This document shows positions 1 through 8,141 of a DNA stretch of 64,000 bases, piece after piece. The stretch's first letter is position 1, and the number at the start of each line of letters is the position of its first letter. This DNA is from Alphaproteobacteria bacterium (GTDB lineage: Bacteria > Pseudomonadota > Alphaproteobacteria > SP197), in the NCBI GenBank assembly GCA_964291415.2, contig OZ219917.1, positions 544,001-608,000 on the forward strand. The letters run 5' to 3'. The notes beneath the pieces are model-generated. The model saw nothing but the letters and a program-made list of their open reading frames with translations, ran no database searches and was not told the DNA's origin. Position numbers and translations under genes: made by a program.

Positions 1-28
1 GGAAACACAACTCAGGGATGAAGACATC

Positions 29-400
29 ATGATCACGAAGCATCGATTTGACGAGAGCAAGCTCAAGCGTGTGAAGGTAAGGGGCGGCGAGTATGTCGAC
101 TGGTTGCAGATGGCAATTCACGAGCCCAGTTGCTCGGCTGCCTTTCAGGAATTCCGCCCGGACGAGAAGCTGGGATACTGGGTATTCTGGTACGATCAGG
201 TGCACTTCGCCCTGAAGGGCAGGGCAAGATGCATCTTCCGCGTTCCGCCGACCTACGATGACGAGCATGTCCTGGAGGTTTCCGAAGGCGACCTCTACCT
301 CCTTCCCATCGGCTACCAGGTGCGCTGGGAAGTGATTGGAGACGAGCCTTATCGTACTGTTTTCGTCAACATGCCGAACCCGAAGTACTTCGAGTTCTAG
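29..400 (+). CDS. EutQ-like cupin-fold protein (paralog 1)
   Basis: 123 aa; WYDQVHFALKG and GDLYLLPIG resemble EutQ/cupin_3 motifs (YDExdYvleG, GDvlfIPkG); aligns without gaps to 2910..3335. Confidence 0.7.
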   Translation: MITKHRFDESKLKRVKVRGGEYVDWLQMAIHEPSCSAAFQEFRPDEKLGYWVFWYDQVHFALKGRARCIFRVPPTYDDEHVLEVSEGDLYLLPIGYQVRWEVIGDEPYRTVFVNMPNPKYFEF

Positions 401-412
401 AAGGAGGAACTA

Positions 413-1189
413 ATGGGCAAACTCGACGGCCGGCCCGCGCTTGTTACAGGAGCAAGCAGAGGACTGGGCGCGGGAATCGCGCTTGCATTTGCCGATGAGG
501 GCGCTGATGTCGCTGTGAACTACATCAGGCGAAAGGACAAGGCGGACGAGATCGTCGACGCGATCCGTGCCCGGGGACGCCGTGCTATCGCCGTGCAGGC
601 GGACTGCTCCCGGGAAGATGATGTCGAACGCATGGTGGACACGGTTCTGGAGGAGTTCGGCGAGATCCGCATCCTGATGAACAATGCCGGCATCCTCACC
701 CAGATTCCCTTCGACGAGATGTCTGTCTCGGCGTGGGATGAAATGATGGCATCGCACCTTCGCTCCCACTTCCTGGTTACCAGAGCCTGTGTGCCGTCCA
801 TGCTCGAACTCAAGCCGCTGAACAACGAGCGACGGGCGGCGAAGATCATCACCATGAGTTCCGGCATCGGCCAGAAGGGCGGTGCCGGTGGTGCCACCAT
901 TGTTCATTACGTGACAGCTAAGGCTGGAATCATTGGCTTCACTAAGGCGCTCGCCGGCGAACTGGCGCCCCTCATCACGGTGAACGCAATATCCCCGGGA
1001 ACACATCCAACGGACATCCTCGGCGACCTCAGCGAGGAATGGAAACAGGAAAAGGAAAAGCAGTTCCTTCTCGGCTTCGGGACCGTCGAGGACGTGGCGC
1101 TTACCGCTGCGTTCATTGCTTCGCCCGATGCCGATTACTACACCGGACAGGTACTCATGCCGAATGGTGGTGACGTACTCAACGGCTGA
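413..1189 (+). CDS. Short-chain dehydrogenase/reductase (FabG-like SDR)
   Basis: TGASRGLG, NNAG and YVTAK (YxxxK) motifs; AAGGAGG RBS at 401-407. Confidence 0.92.
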   Translation: MGKLDGRPALVTGASRGLGAGIALAFADEGADVAVNYIRRKDKADEIVDAIRARGRRAIAVQADCSREDDVERMVDTVLEEFGEIRILMNNAGILTQIPFDEMSVSAWDEMMASHLRSHFLVTRACVPSMLELKPLNNERRAAKIITMSSGIGQKGGAGGATIVHYVTAKAGIIGFTKALAGELAPLITVNAISPGTHPTDILGDLSEEWKQEKEKQFLLGFGTVEDVALTAAFIASPDADYYTGQVLMPNGGDVLNG

Positions 1190-1244
1190 GTTCGATCTCG
1201 GGCGTCAAGTGAAGCAAAGACTACAACAAGAGGAGGAGGATCCC

Positions 1245-2828
1245 ATGAACACGTTGCGCAAGTACCTGATTGGCTTCGCCGTCCTTGCGGCGAGCGTTCT
1301 GTCGATCTCTCTGGCTTCAGCCCAGACAACACTTGTGGTTGCGGCCCAGAAGACTCCCAATGGTATCGATCATGACTATCATTTCTCGGCGGAAGACCAT
1401 CAGATCCGGGCAGCACTCTATGACAAGCTGCTGGCACTGGGTCGTGTCGCTGGTCCCGGCGGATTGACTCTTCCGTCATACGATCATGCCGACCTGGAAG
1501 GCCGCCTGGCAGAATCATGGTCGCTGTCGGATGACGGCAAGACCCTCACGATCAAGCTGCGCGAGGGTGTCATGAGTCATGCGGGCAACGAACTCACGGC
1601 CGACGACCTGCAGTGGACATGGGACCGTTCATGGGCGCTTGAAGCCGTGGGCGCGTTCTATGCCAAGTTCATACTGAATATTGAAGAACCGACATGGCGA
1701 GTGATCGACCGGTATACATGGGAACTTTCGACCCATGACGTCAACGCAATGACCGTGTTGTTGATGATCAACAACGATCTGGATGTACTTGATGCCGCGG
1801 AAGTCATGAAACATGCTACGGACGACGACCCCTGGGCCACCGGATGGCTGGCCTCGAACGCTGCGGGACACGGGGCGTACAGTCTCGCCGAATGGACGCC
1901 CGGAGAGCGCGTGGTGCTCAACGCCTTCGAGGGCTATCATCGTGGCAAACCGGAAATTGACACCGTAGTTTACCGAGAGGTGCCCGAAGCGGCCAACCGC
2001 CTTGCACTCGTGACCGAGGGCAGTGCGCATGTCGCTGAGTCACTTCCACCCCGATTCCTGGACCGCGCGTCTGAAACGGATGGTCTGGTGATCTGGCAGA
2101 CAATCGGCAACCGCCTGATGCGTCTGGACGTCAACAACGAAATGGCGCCGACCAACGACCCGCGCGTGCGCAAGGCGCTCAACTATGCGACACCGTCCAG
2201 TCAGATTCTCGAGGCGGTCTTCTTTGGTCTGGCGGAGCCCAGCCGTGGTCCGATGCCGTCGCAGTATCCGGGAGCAACGGACGAGTTCTGGGCCTATGAC
2301 TACGACCCCGACATGGCGAGATCGCTTCTTGAGGAGGCAGGAGCGGTTGGTGCCGAGCTGACGATCAATTTCGATTCGGGTTCTCCCGTTCAGAGAAACA
2401 CGGCTGTCATCCTCAAGTCCGCTTACGAGGATGTTGGCCTGAAGGTCAACTTGATGGAAATGTCCTCGGCGGCCTACACCTCGCAACTCTACGGTGGCGA
2501 GTTCCCGGCGTTCTTCATGATCGAGTTTCCGATCCTTCCGGATCCGGGATACGCCCTGGCACTTAACTATCCGTGTGGCTCGTTCCTCAATGCTGCAAAT
2601 TACTGTAATACCAGGGTAGACGAACTGCTGGAGCAGGCCGCGGCCACACTTGACCACGCAGAGCGCATGGAAATGTATCGTGAGATTCAGCGCCTGATGA
2701 CGGTTGAGGACGCCAATTCGGTCTGGCTGGCTGAGCCCGGCTGGCAACTCGTGACCGGCAGCAATGTTTCCGGCGTCGGCTGGGATACACCCAACATCTA
2801 CCAGTTCTTCGATCTCAGTCTTCAGTAG
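1245..2828 (+). CDS. ABC transporter substrate-binding protein, peptide/nickel (SBP family 5)
   Basis: ATG 1245 after AGGAGGAGGA; signal peptide MNTLRKYLIGFAVLAASVLSISLASA; LAESWSLSDDGKTLTIKLREGV and DPRVRKALNYA motifs. Confidence 0.92.
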   Translation: MNTLRKYLIGFAVLAASVLSISLASAQTTLVVAAQKTPNGIDHDYHFSAEDHQIRAALYDKLLALGRVAGPGGLTLPSYDHADLEGRLAESWSLSDDGKTLTIKLREGVMSHAGNELTADDLQWTWDRSWALEAVGAFYAKFILNIEEPTWRVIDRYTWELSTHDVNAMTVLLMINNDLDVLDAAEVMKHATDDDPWATGWLASNAAGHGAYSLAEWTPGERVVLNAFEGYHRGKPEIDTVVYREVPEAANRLALVTEGSAHVAESLPPRFLDRASETDGLVIWQTIGNRLMRLDVNNEMAPTNDPRVRKALNYATPSSQILEAVFFGLAEPSRGPMPSQYPGATDEFWAYDYDPDMARSLLEEAGAVGAELTINFDSGSPVQRNTAVILKSAYEDVGLKVNLMEMSSAAYTSQLYGGEFPAFFMIEFPILPDPGYALALNYPCGSFLNAANYCNTRVDELLEQAAATLDHAERMEMYREIQRLMTVEDANSVWLAEPGWQLVTGSNVSGVGWDTPNIYQFFDLSLQ

Positions 2829-2909
2829 GTTCGCACGTGTGTGGAATGGCGCCCGCATTTCGGGGCGCCATTCCCTCGTTTCGTGAATCCCCTCGCCGGG
2901 AGGCCCCAC

Positions 2910-3335
2910 ATGTCTGTTCGCAATCTGATCGAAGCACACCGATACGATCCCGCACGTATGCAGCGTTTCGGAGCCTGGGCCGGCAAATGCGCTCCTTGGC
3001 TCAGCGGGGACATTGACACACCGGAATGCTACGCGTCCTTCGAGGAGTTTCGGCCCGACGAGCCTGCCGGCGACTGGTTCTATTGGTACGACGAGGTCGA
3101 CTACGCTGTCAGCGGCGCCTGCCAGGCCATTTTCCGTTCGCCGCCGAATTTTGACATCGAGCACCGATTGCATCTCGAAGCTGGCGACCTGTTCTTCATC
3201 CGTGTTGGAACGGTGGCACGATTCGAGGTGATCGGCGATGAGCCGTTCGTGCACATCATCGTCCAGATGCCAAGACCACCCTACACCGCCGAAGAGGGCA
3301 GGCCTTCCTTCACTGCAACCGAATCCCGGAACTAA
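2910..3335 (+). CDS. EutQ-like cupin-fold protein (paralog 2)
   Basis: ATG 2910 after GGGAGG; WYDEVDYAVSG and AGDLFFIRVG motifs; TAATG overlap with the permease start. Confidence 0.72.
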   Translation: MSVRNLIEAHRYDPARMQRFGAWAGKCAPWLSGDIDTPECYASFEEFRPDEPAGDWFYWYDEVDYAVSGACQAIFRSPPNFDIEHRLHLEAGDLFFIRVGTVARFEVIGDEPFVHIIVQMPRPPYTAEEGRPSFTATESRN

Positions 3336-4357
3336 TGGGCCCCCGAGTTTCGTGGATGTTTCTTGCGCGTCGGCTAGGCGCGCTGGTTCCCCAACTCCTT
3401 GCCGTGTCCGTTTTCACTTTTGTGCTGGTGCGCCTGTTGCCAGGCAATCCCGCAGACGTGATTCTGGGGCCGGCGCGAACCGAAGCCGGAATCGCCGCCC
3501 TGACCAGCAAGATGGGCCTCGACAAGCCCATGGTCGAGCAATACTTGATCTATCTCGGAAATGTTCTCAGAGGTGACCTCGGTACATCCTGGTTCAGCGG
3601 CGAGCCGGTCTTGGACGAATTGTTGCGCCGCGCACCGGCAACCCTGGAACTGGTCACCTACTCGCTCTTCGTGGCGATCACGGTCGGTGTCTTCATTGGA
3701 ACGTTGACCGCCTTCAGAAAGCGGGGCGTTCTGGCGGGCGTCTTCGACTGGTACATACGAGTCGCTGGTTCCTTCCCAGACTTCTGGATCGGCCTGATCG
3801 CCGTGTATGTGTTCTACTTTGTGCTGGGTCTGGCGCCTGCTCCGATGGGACGTCTCGGCATCGTGGCCCTGACACCACCGGCCATCACGGGATTCTTTAC
3901 GGTCGACAGCCTACTGGCAGGCGAGTTCGCAACCTTCGCCGAAGCGGTCCGCCATCTGGCATTGCCAGTGCTGACGCTGGGACTCATCCTCGCGCCCATG
4001 GTCGGCAAGGTGACCCGTGCAACCGTACTTGATGTGCTGTCCATGGATTTCATCCACTATGCGCGGGCTGCGGGCCTGCGCCGACGAACGGTGGTCTGGT
4101 ACGCCGTGAGCAACGCGCTGCCGCCCGTCATCACCCTAATCGGCATTCTCTTCGCCTACCTGCTTGGAGGCACTGTCCTCATGGAGAAGGTGTTTTCCTG
4201 GGGAGGTGTCGGCCAGTATGCGGTGCAGGCGGTGGTCAACGCTGATTTCCTCGCGGTCCAGGGCTTTGTGCTGGTGGCCGCGACATTCACCATGCTGGTC
4301 TATCTTGCAGTCGATCTGCTTCACATGGCCATCGACCCCCGCGTGAGTCACTACTGA
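3335..4357 (+). CDS. Peptide/nickel ABC permease (DppB/OppB-like)
   Basis: PGNPA, GDLGTSW, HLALPVLTL and DFIHYARAAGL (EAA-like loop); hydrophobic segments. Confidence 0.92.
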   Translation: MGPRVSWMFLARRLGALVPQLLAVSVFTFVLVRLLPGNPADVILGPARTEAGIAALTSKMGLDKPMVEQYLIYLGNVLRGDLGTSWFSGEPVLDELLRRAPATLELVTYSLFVAITVGVFIGTLTAFRKRGVLAGVFDWYIRVAGSFPDFWIGLIAVYVFYFVLGLAPAPMGRLGIVALTPPAITGFFTVDSLLAGEFATFAEAVRHLALPVLTLGLILAPMVGKVTRATVLDVLSMDFIHYARAAGLRRRTVVWYAVSNALPPVITLIGILFAYLLGGTVLMEKVFSWGGVGQYAVQAVVNADFLAVQGFVLVAATFTMLVYLAVDLLHMAIDPRVSHY

Positions 4358-4360
4358 GCC

Positions 4361-5215
4361 ATGGTCGACATTTCCGTCTCGTCCAGCGCAGGCCGTCTTC
4401 TGGTCCACCGCCGGCTGCCGCGCAGGGGAACACTGGGATTTGTCATGCTGGGATTCCTAGTACTGGCCTCCCTGCTTGGGCCCCTTGCGGTGCCGTTCGA
4501 TCCCGAAAGGGCATCACTTCTCGAAATCATGCAGCCGCCGGATTTTACACACTGGTTCGGCACCAACAGCTACGGAGCCGACATTTTCGCACGAGTCCTC
4601 CATGCAGGTCGTCTGGATCTGCTGATCGCCGTGGTCAGCGTCGGAGGCGGGCTTCTCGTCGCCATGCCGATCGGCGCATTGCTGGGCTATTCGAGAGGCT
4701 GGTGGAACGCCCTTGTCATGAGGGCACTCGATTTCGTCCAGTCCTTCCCTCCGTTCATTCTGGCCATGGCGCTTGCCGCCGTGGCCGGGGCGAGCGTGCT
4801 GAACGTCATTCTGATCATCGGTTTCCTCAATGTGCCAATCTTCGCCCGGTTGATACGGTCCGAAGTACTTTCCTACCGCGAACGAGCATTTGTCGAGGCA
4901 GCGCGCTGCGCGGGCAACAGCGACCTGCGCCTCGTGATTCGCCACATTCTGCCCAACGCCATGTCGGCAGCCGTGGCCCAGGCTTCGGTCAACATCGGCT
5001 GGGCGCTCATCCTGACAGCCGGCCTGAGCTTTGTGGGCGCTGGCGTTGAACCGCCGACACCGGAGTGGGGCGCCATGATCTCGGAAGGCGCGGAGTACAT
5101 CATCACCGGTGAATGGTGGATCGCGACATTCCCGGGTCTTGCTCTTTGCCTGACCGTGCTTTCCTTCGCACTGGTCGGCGAGACTCTCAGTTCTTGGCTG
5201 GACGTGCGCCGTTGA
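4361..5215 (+). CDS. Peptide/nickel ABC permease (DppC/OppC-like)
   Basis: HWFGTNSYGADIFARV, FVEAARCAG, RHILPN and PPTPEWGAMI motifs. Confidence 0.92.
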   Translation: MVDISVSSSAGRLLVHRRLPRRGTLGFVMLGFLVLASLLGPLAVPFDPERASLLEIMQPPDFTHWFGTNSYGADIFARVLHAGRLDLLIAVVSVGGGLLVAMPIGALLGYSRGWWNALVMRALDFVQSFPPFILAMALAAVAGASVLNVILIIGFLNVPIFARLIRSEVLSYRERAFVEAARCAGNSDLRLVIRHILPNAMSAAVAQASVNIGWALILTAGLSFVGAGVEPPTPEWGAMISEGAEYIITGEWWIATFPGLALCLTVLSFALVGETLSSWLDVRR

Positions 5216-5238
5216 AGGCTAGAACTTCCCTAAACCCG

Positions 5239-6234
5239 ATGAATGCGCTCTTGGAAATTGAAGATCTGGAAGTCCGGTTTCCCGGCTCCTCTGAAGAGAT
5301 CGTCGTCCTGGATCGCGTGAACATTCGGATCGGCGCAGGAGAAGTATTTGGTGTCATCGGTGAAACCGGCGCCGGCAAGTCGCTCACCGCCTGGGCGGCT
5401 ATGAACCTCCTTCCGGTGCATGGCCGGGTTACCGCCGGCGAAGTCCGCTGGAAGGGGCGCTCCATATCGGCGATGACAGACGAGGAGGTGCGCCGGATAC
5501 GCGGGAATGAAGTTTCCCTCATCACGCAGAATCCTCTGGCAGCACTGAATCCGATGAGCACTGTCGGTCATCAGATTGTTAGGGTTATTCGCGCCCACGA
5601 ACGCGTGGGAGCGCGCGAAGCTCGTCGCATGGCCTTTGAAGCACTGCGCGTGGTGGGAATTCCCGACCCTGAACGTCGCTTCGCCGCCTATCCTCACCAG
5701 CTGAGCGGCGGCATGGCGCAACGTATTCTGATCGCCATGGCAATGATCAACCGTCCGCAACTCCTGATTGCGGATGAACCCACGACAGGACTGGACGTCA
5801 CCCTGCAGGCGGAGATTCTCGATCTCATGACCGGGATGGTCCGGGACCATGGAGCATCCATCTGGCTTATTACCCACGATCTCGGGGTTATCGCCAACTA
5901 CACCGAGCGCGCCGCGGTCATGTTCGCGGGCCAGGTCGTCGAGACCACGTCGACCCGTCAACTGTTCAAATTCCCGCGTCATCCCTATACGCGCGGCTTC
6001 TTGGATGCGGTCGCGCTTGAGCGCGATGACGGCAGCCGGCTGGAAATCGCGGGCCCGCCTCCCAACCTGCGCCACAGACCTCCGGGATGCCAGTTCGCCT
6101 ATCGCTGTCCACTGGTCGAGAATTCCTGCCGTCTCGCGAAGCCACCGCTTCTGGAGGCGCAAGAAGGCCACCTGGTGCGATGTCCGCCGGTCGTGAGACC
6201 GGACGGAACTCATGAGCGGAGAACGACCGCATGA
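5239..6234 (+). CDS. Peptide ABC ATP-binding protein (DppD/OppD-like)
   Basis: Walker A GETGAGKS, LSGGMAQR, IADEPTT, HPYT, C-terminal Cys motif. Confidence 0.93.
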   Translation: MNALLEIEDLEVRFPGSSEEIVVLDRVNIRIGAGEVFGVIGETGAGKSLTAWAAMNLLPVHGRVTAGEVRWKGRSISAMTDEEVRRIRGNEVSLITQNPLAALNPMSTVGHQIVRVIRAHERVGAREARRMAFEALRVVGIPDPERRFAAYPHQLSGGMAQRILIAMAMINRPQLLIADEPTTGLDVTLQAEILDLMTGMVRDHGASIWLITHDLGVIANYTERAAVMFAGQVVETTSTRQLFKFPRHPYTRGFLDAVALERDDGSRLEIAGPPPNLRHRPPGCQFAYRCPLVENSCRLAKPPLLEAQEGHLVRCPPVVRPDGTHERRTTA

Positions 6235-7265
6235 CGGATGACAGCATAACCAAGCCGGTGCCTTCTGCACCTGAACGCCTGGTCGAGGTCGAGAATCTGG
6301 TGAAGCAATTCGGCCACCGCCGGTCTGGAACGCTTGTGCGTGCCGTCAACGGTGTCTCCTTCAGCGTTACGCGCGGCGCGGCACTCGGCCTGGTCGGCGA
6401 GAGCGGCAGCGGCAAGACCACGATTGGTCGCTGCATCCTCGGCCTGATACCGCCTACTTCGGGGCGTGTGCAGTACGGCAATGTCGATCTCGCCACCCTG
6501 ACAGGCCGCAGGCTCCGGAAGTTTCGCCGACATATGCAGATGGTCTTCCAGAATCCCTATGACTCGCTCAATCCGAGATGGCGCATCCGGGACATCCTCG
6601 AAGAACCGCTCATCCTTTCCGGTGATATGGCGAAACCGGACCGGCATGTGCGAATCAGGAACCTCCTCGGCCTGGTGCGACTCGACGAAACATTCCTAGA
6701 GCGCTTTCCGCACCAGCTCTCTGGCGGTCAGCAGCAGCGGGTCGGTATCGCACGGGCGCTCGCCACCAGTCCTGACCTCGTGGTGCTGGACGAGCCGACC
6801 TCGGCGCTCGACACCGTGACCCGCGCCGAGATCCTCGATCTTCTCAACAACCTGCGCAACGAGCTGGGCCTCACCTACATCTTCATTTCACATGATCTCT
6901 CGGCGGTGCGGCGGGTCTGCGATTCGATCGTCGTCATGTATCTCGGGCGCATCGTCGAGGAGGCGCAGGCCTTGCGTCTCTTCGCATCTCCCCGGCATCC
7001 CTATTCGCGCTCCCTGCTGTCGTCGCTACTCGAGCCACGGATCGATGGACGCAGTCAAAGAGTAAGGCTGCGCGGCGATCCTCCAAGCTCGATCGACCGC
7101 ACGCAAGGATGCCCGCTCCATGCACGTTGCCCGGTCGCGCAGCCGGACTGCGCTCGGGAATCCCAGGATCTCGTCGACATTGAACCGGGTCGGCGCGTGG
7201 CTTGCATGCGGGTAAGCCGTGGCGAGCCAATAGACTGGCAGGGAGCGTTCGACCGCACACAATAG
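6231..7265 (+). CDS. Peptide ABC ATP-binding protein (DppF/OppF-like)
   Basis: GESGSGKT, LSGGQQQR, LDEPTSALD, HPYS; ATGA overlap with the upstream ATPase. Confidence 0.93.
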   Translation: MTDDSITKPVPSAPERLVEVENLVKQFGHRRSGTLVRAVNGVSFSVTRGAALGLVGESGSGKTTIGRCILGLIPPTSGRVQYGNVDLATLTGRRLRKFRRHMQMVFQNPYDSLNPRWRIRDILEEPLILSGDMAKPDRHVRIRNLLGLVRLDETFLERFPHQLSGGQQQRVGIARALATSPDLVVLDEPTSALDTVTRAEILDLLNNLRNELGLTYIFISHDLSAVRRVCDSIVVMYLGRIVEEAQALRLFASPRHPYSRSLLSSLLEPRIDGRSQRVRLRGDPPSSIDRTQGCPLHARCPVAQPDCARESQDLVDIEPGRRVACMRVSRGEPIDWQGAFDRTQ

Positions 7266-7299
7266 TTGTCCTGTAACTGCTCTCTCGTATTGGTTGTGG

Positions 7300-7467
7300 G
7301 CTGGGCGTTGTGCGATCGTGTTCCTGCCAGCGGAACAGATTGACTCGCCTCGGGTTTCGGCGTCGCGCCGCCTTCGCACTGACGCTGTTGGGGACGTGGT
7401 GATCGATGCGGTGAAGTGTGCCGAGATGGATGAGGAACACAAACCGCTCGAAAACCTCCTATTGTAA
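7300..7467 (+). pseudogene. Probable 3' remnant of a Phd/YefM-type antitoxin
   Basis: Manual translation GRCAIVFLPAEQ...DVVIDAVKCAEMDEEHKPLENLLL*; resembles alphaproteobacterial Phd (GRp..Vllsaeey ... aEMdprhahLdaLl); no N-terminus. Confidence 0.4.
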
Positions 7468-7477
7468 CGACAGGACC

Positions 7478-7688
7478 ATGGCGCTTTATGATCCGAAACG
7501 GAACCCGGTGATCCGCCACAATTGTCTGTGGATCTATGAGGCCGTTGCCGGTCCTGGTGGCTGGCGGCTCATCCTCGCATGTCCTGCTGCAGGCAATGTT
7601 CCCCACCTGTAGGGACGGGATGAGATCCCCACACGTCAAATGGGCCACCGGCCTCGATGAAGCGCCGGATTGGGTGATCGTATCGTAA
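7478..7688 (+). pseudogene. Degraded PemK/MazF-like toxin gene
   Basis: MALYDPKRNPVIRHNCLWIYEAVAG in one frame, then HVKWATGLDEAPDWVIVS* in another; both pieces resemble the family MxlPdPxpGlVIrYsYLW...VKrrLGLDdapSWiivsE. Confidence 0.5.
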
Positions 7689-8002
7689 CGCACTATCGAC
7701 AAATGGTGCAGTGACAGACTGCCTGCGTTGTCAAGCGTGTTCTTCTCGTTGTGTTCCGCCGGGAACGCTTGCCTGAACCAGTTTGTGTGAATGAGAGCCG
7801 CGCTGCGCACCGATTGAGTTGTTGATGCCAACCGCAGTGCGGCGTAACGGATAATCATACCCCTATTCCGCTATTCGCGAACGGGGATAGGGCAGCACCG
7901 ATCGGAGCAGATGCAGATTTGGACGGCGGCGCCGGGCAAGCGTCGGGGATTTCCGGACGCTGACAAGCCGTTTCCTTTCGCCGGTACCCAGGGTCCTGGC
8001 GA

Positions 8003-8090
8003 TGGCGGAGGGGACGGGATTCGAACCCGTGAGGGCTTGCACCCAACACGCTTTCCAGGCGTGCGCCTTAGACCGCTCGGCCACCCCTCC
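8003..8090 (-). tRNA. tRNA-Ser(GGA)
   Basis: GGAGGGGTGGCCGAGCGGTCTAAGGCG; anticodon arm CACGC-CTGGAAA-GCGTG; long variable arm; GGTTCGAATCC; CCA end. Confidence 0.97.
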
Positions 8091-8108
8091 GTCTCGGAGA
8101 CGGCCGTG

Positions 8109-8137
8109 AACCTAGCGACTGCGGCGGATGCGGACAA
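8109..8137 (-). promoter_or_regulatory. Putative sigma70 promoter of tRNA-Ser
   Basis: TTGTCC-N17-TAGGTT on minus strand just upstream of the tRNA. Confidence 0.55.
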
Positions 8138-8141
8138 GCGT

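Noticed and set aside
7861-7892. Imperfect hairpin CCCTATTCCG...CGGGGATAGGG downstream of tRNA-Ser
   Set aside because: Imperfect stem with no U tract; cannot be called a terminator or element end.
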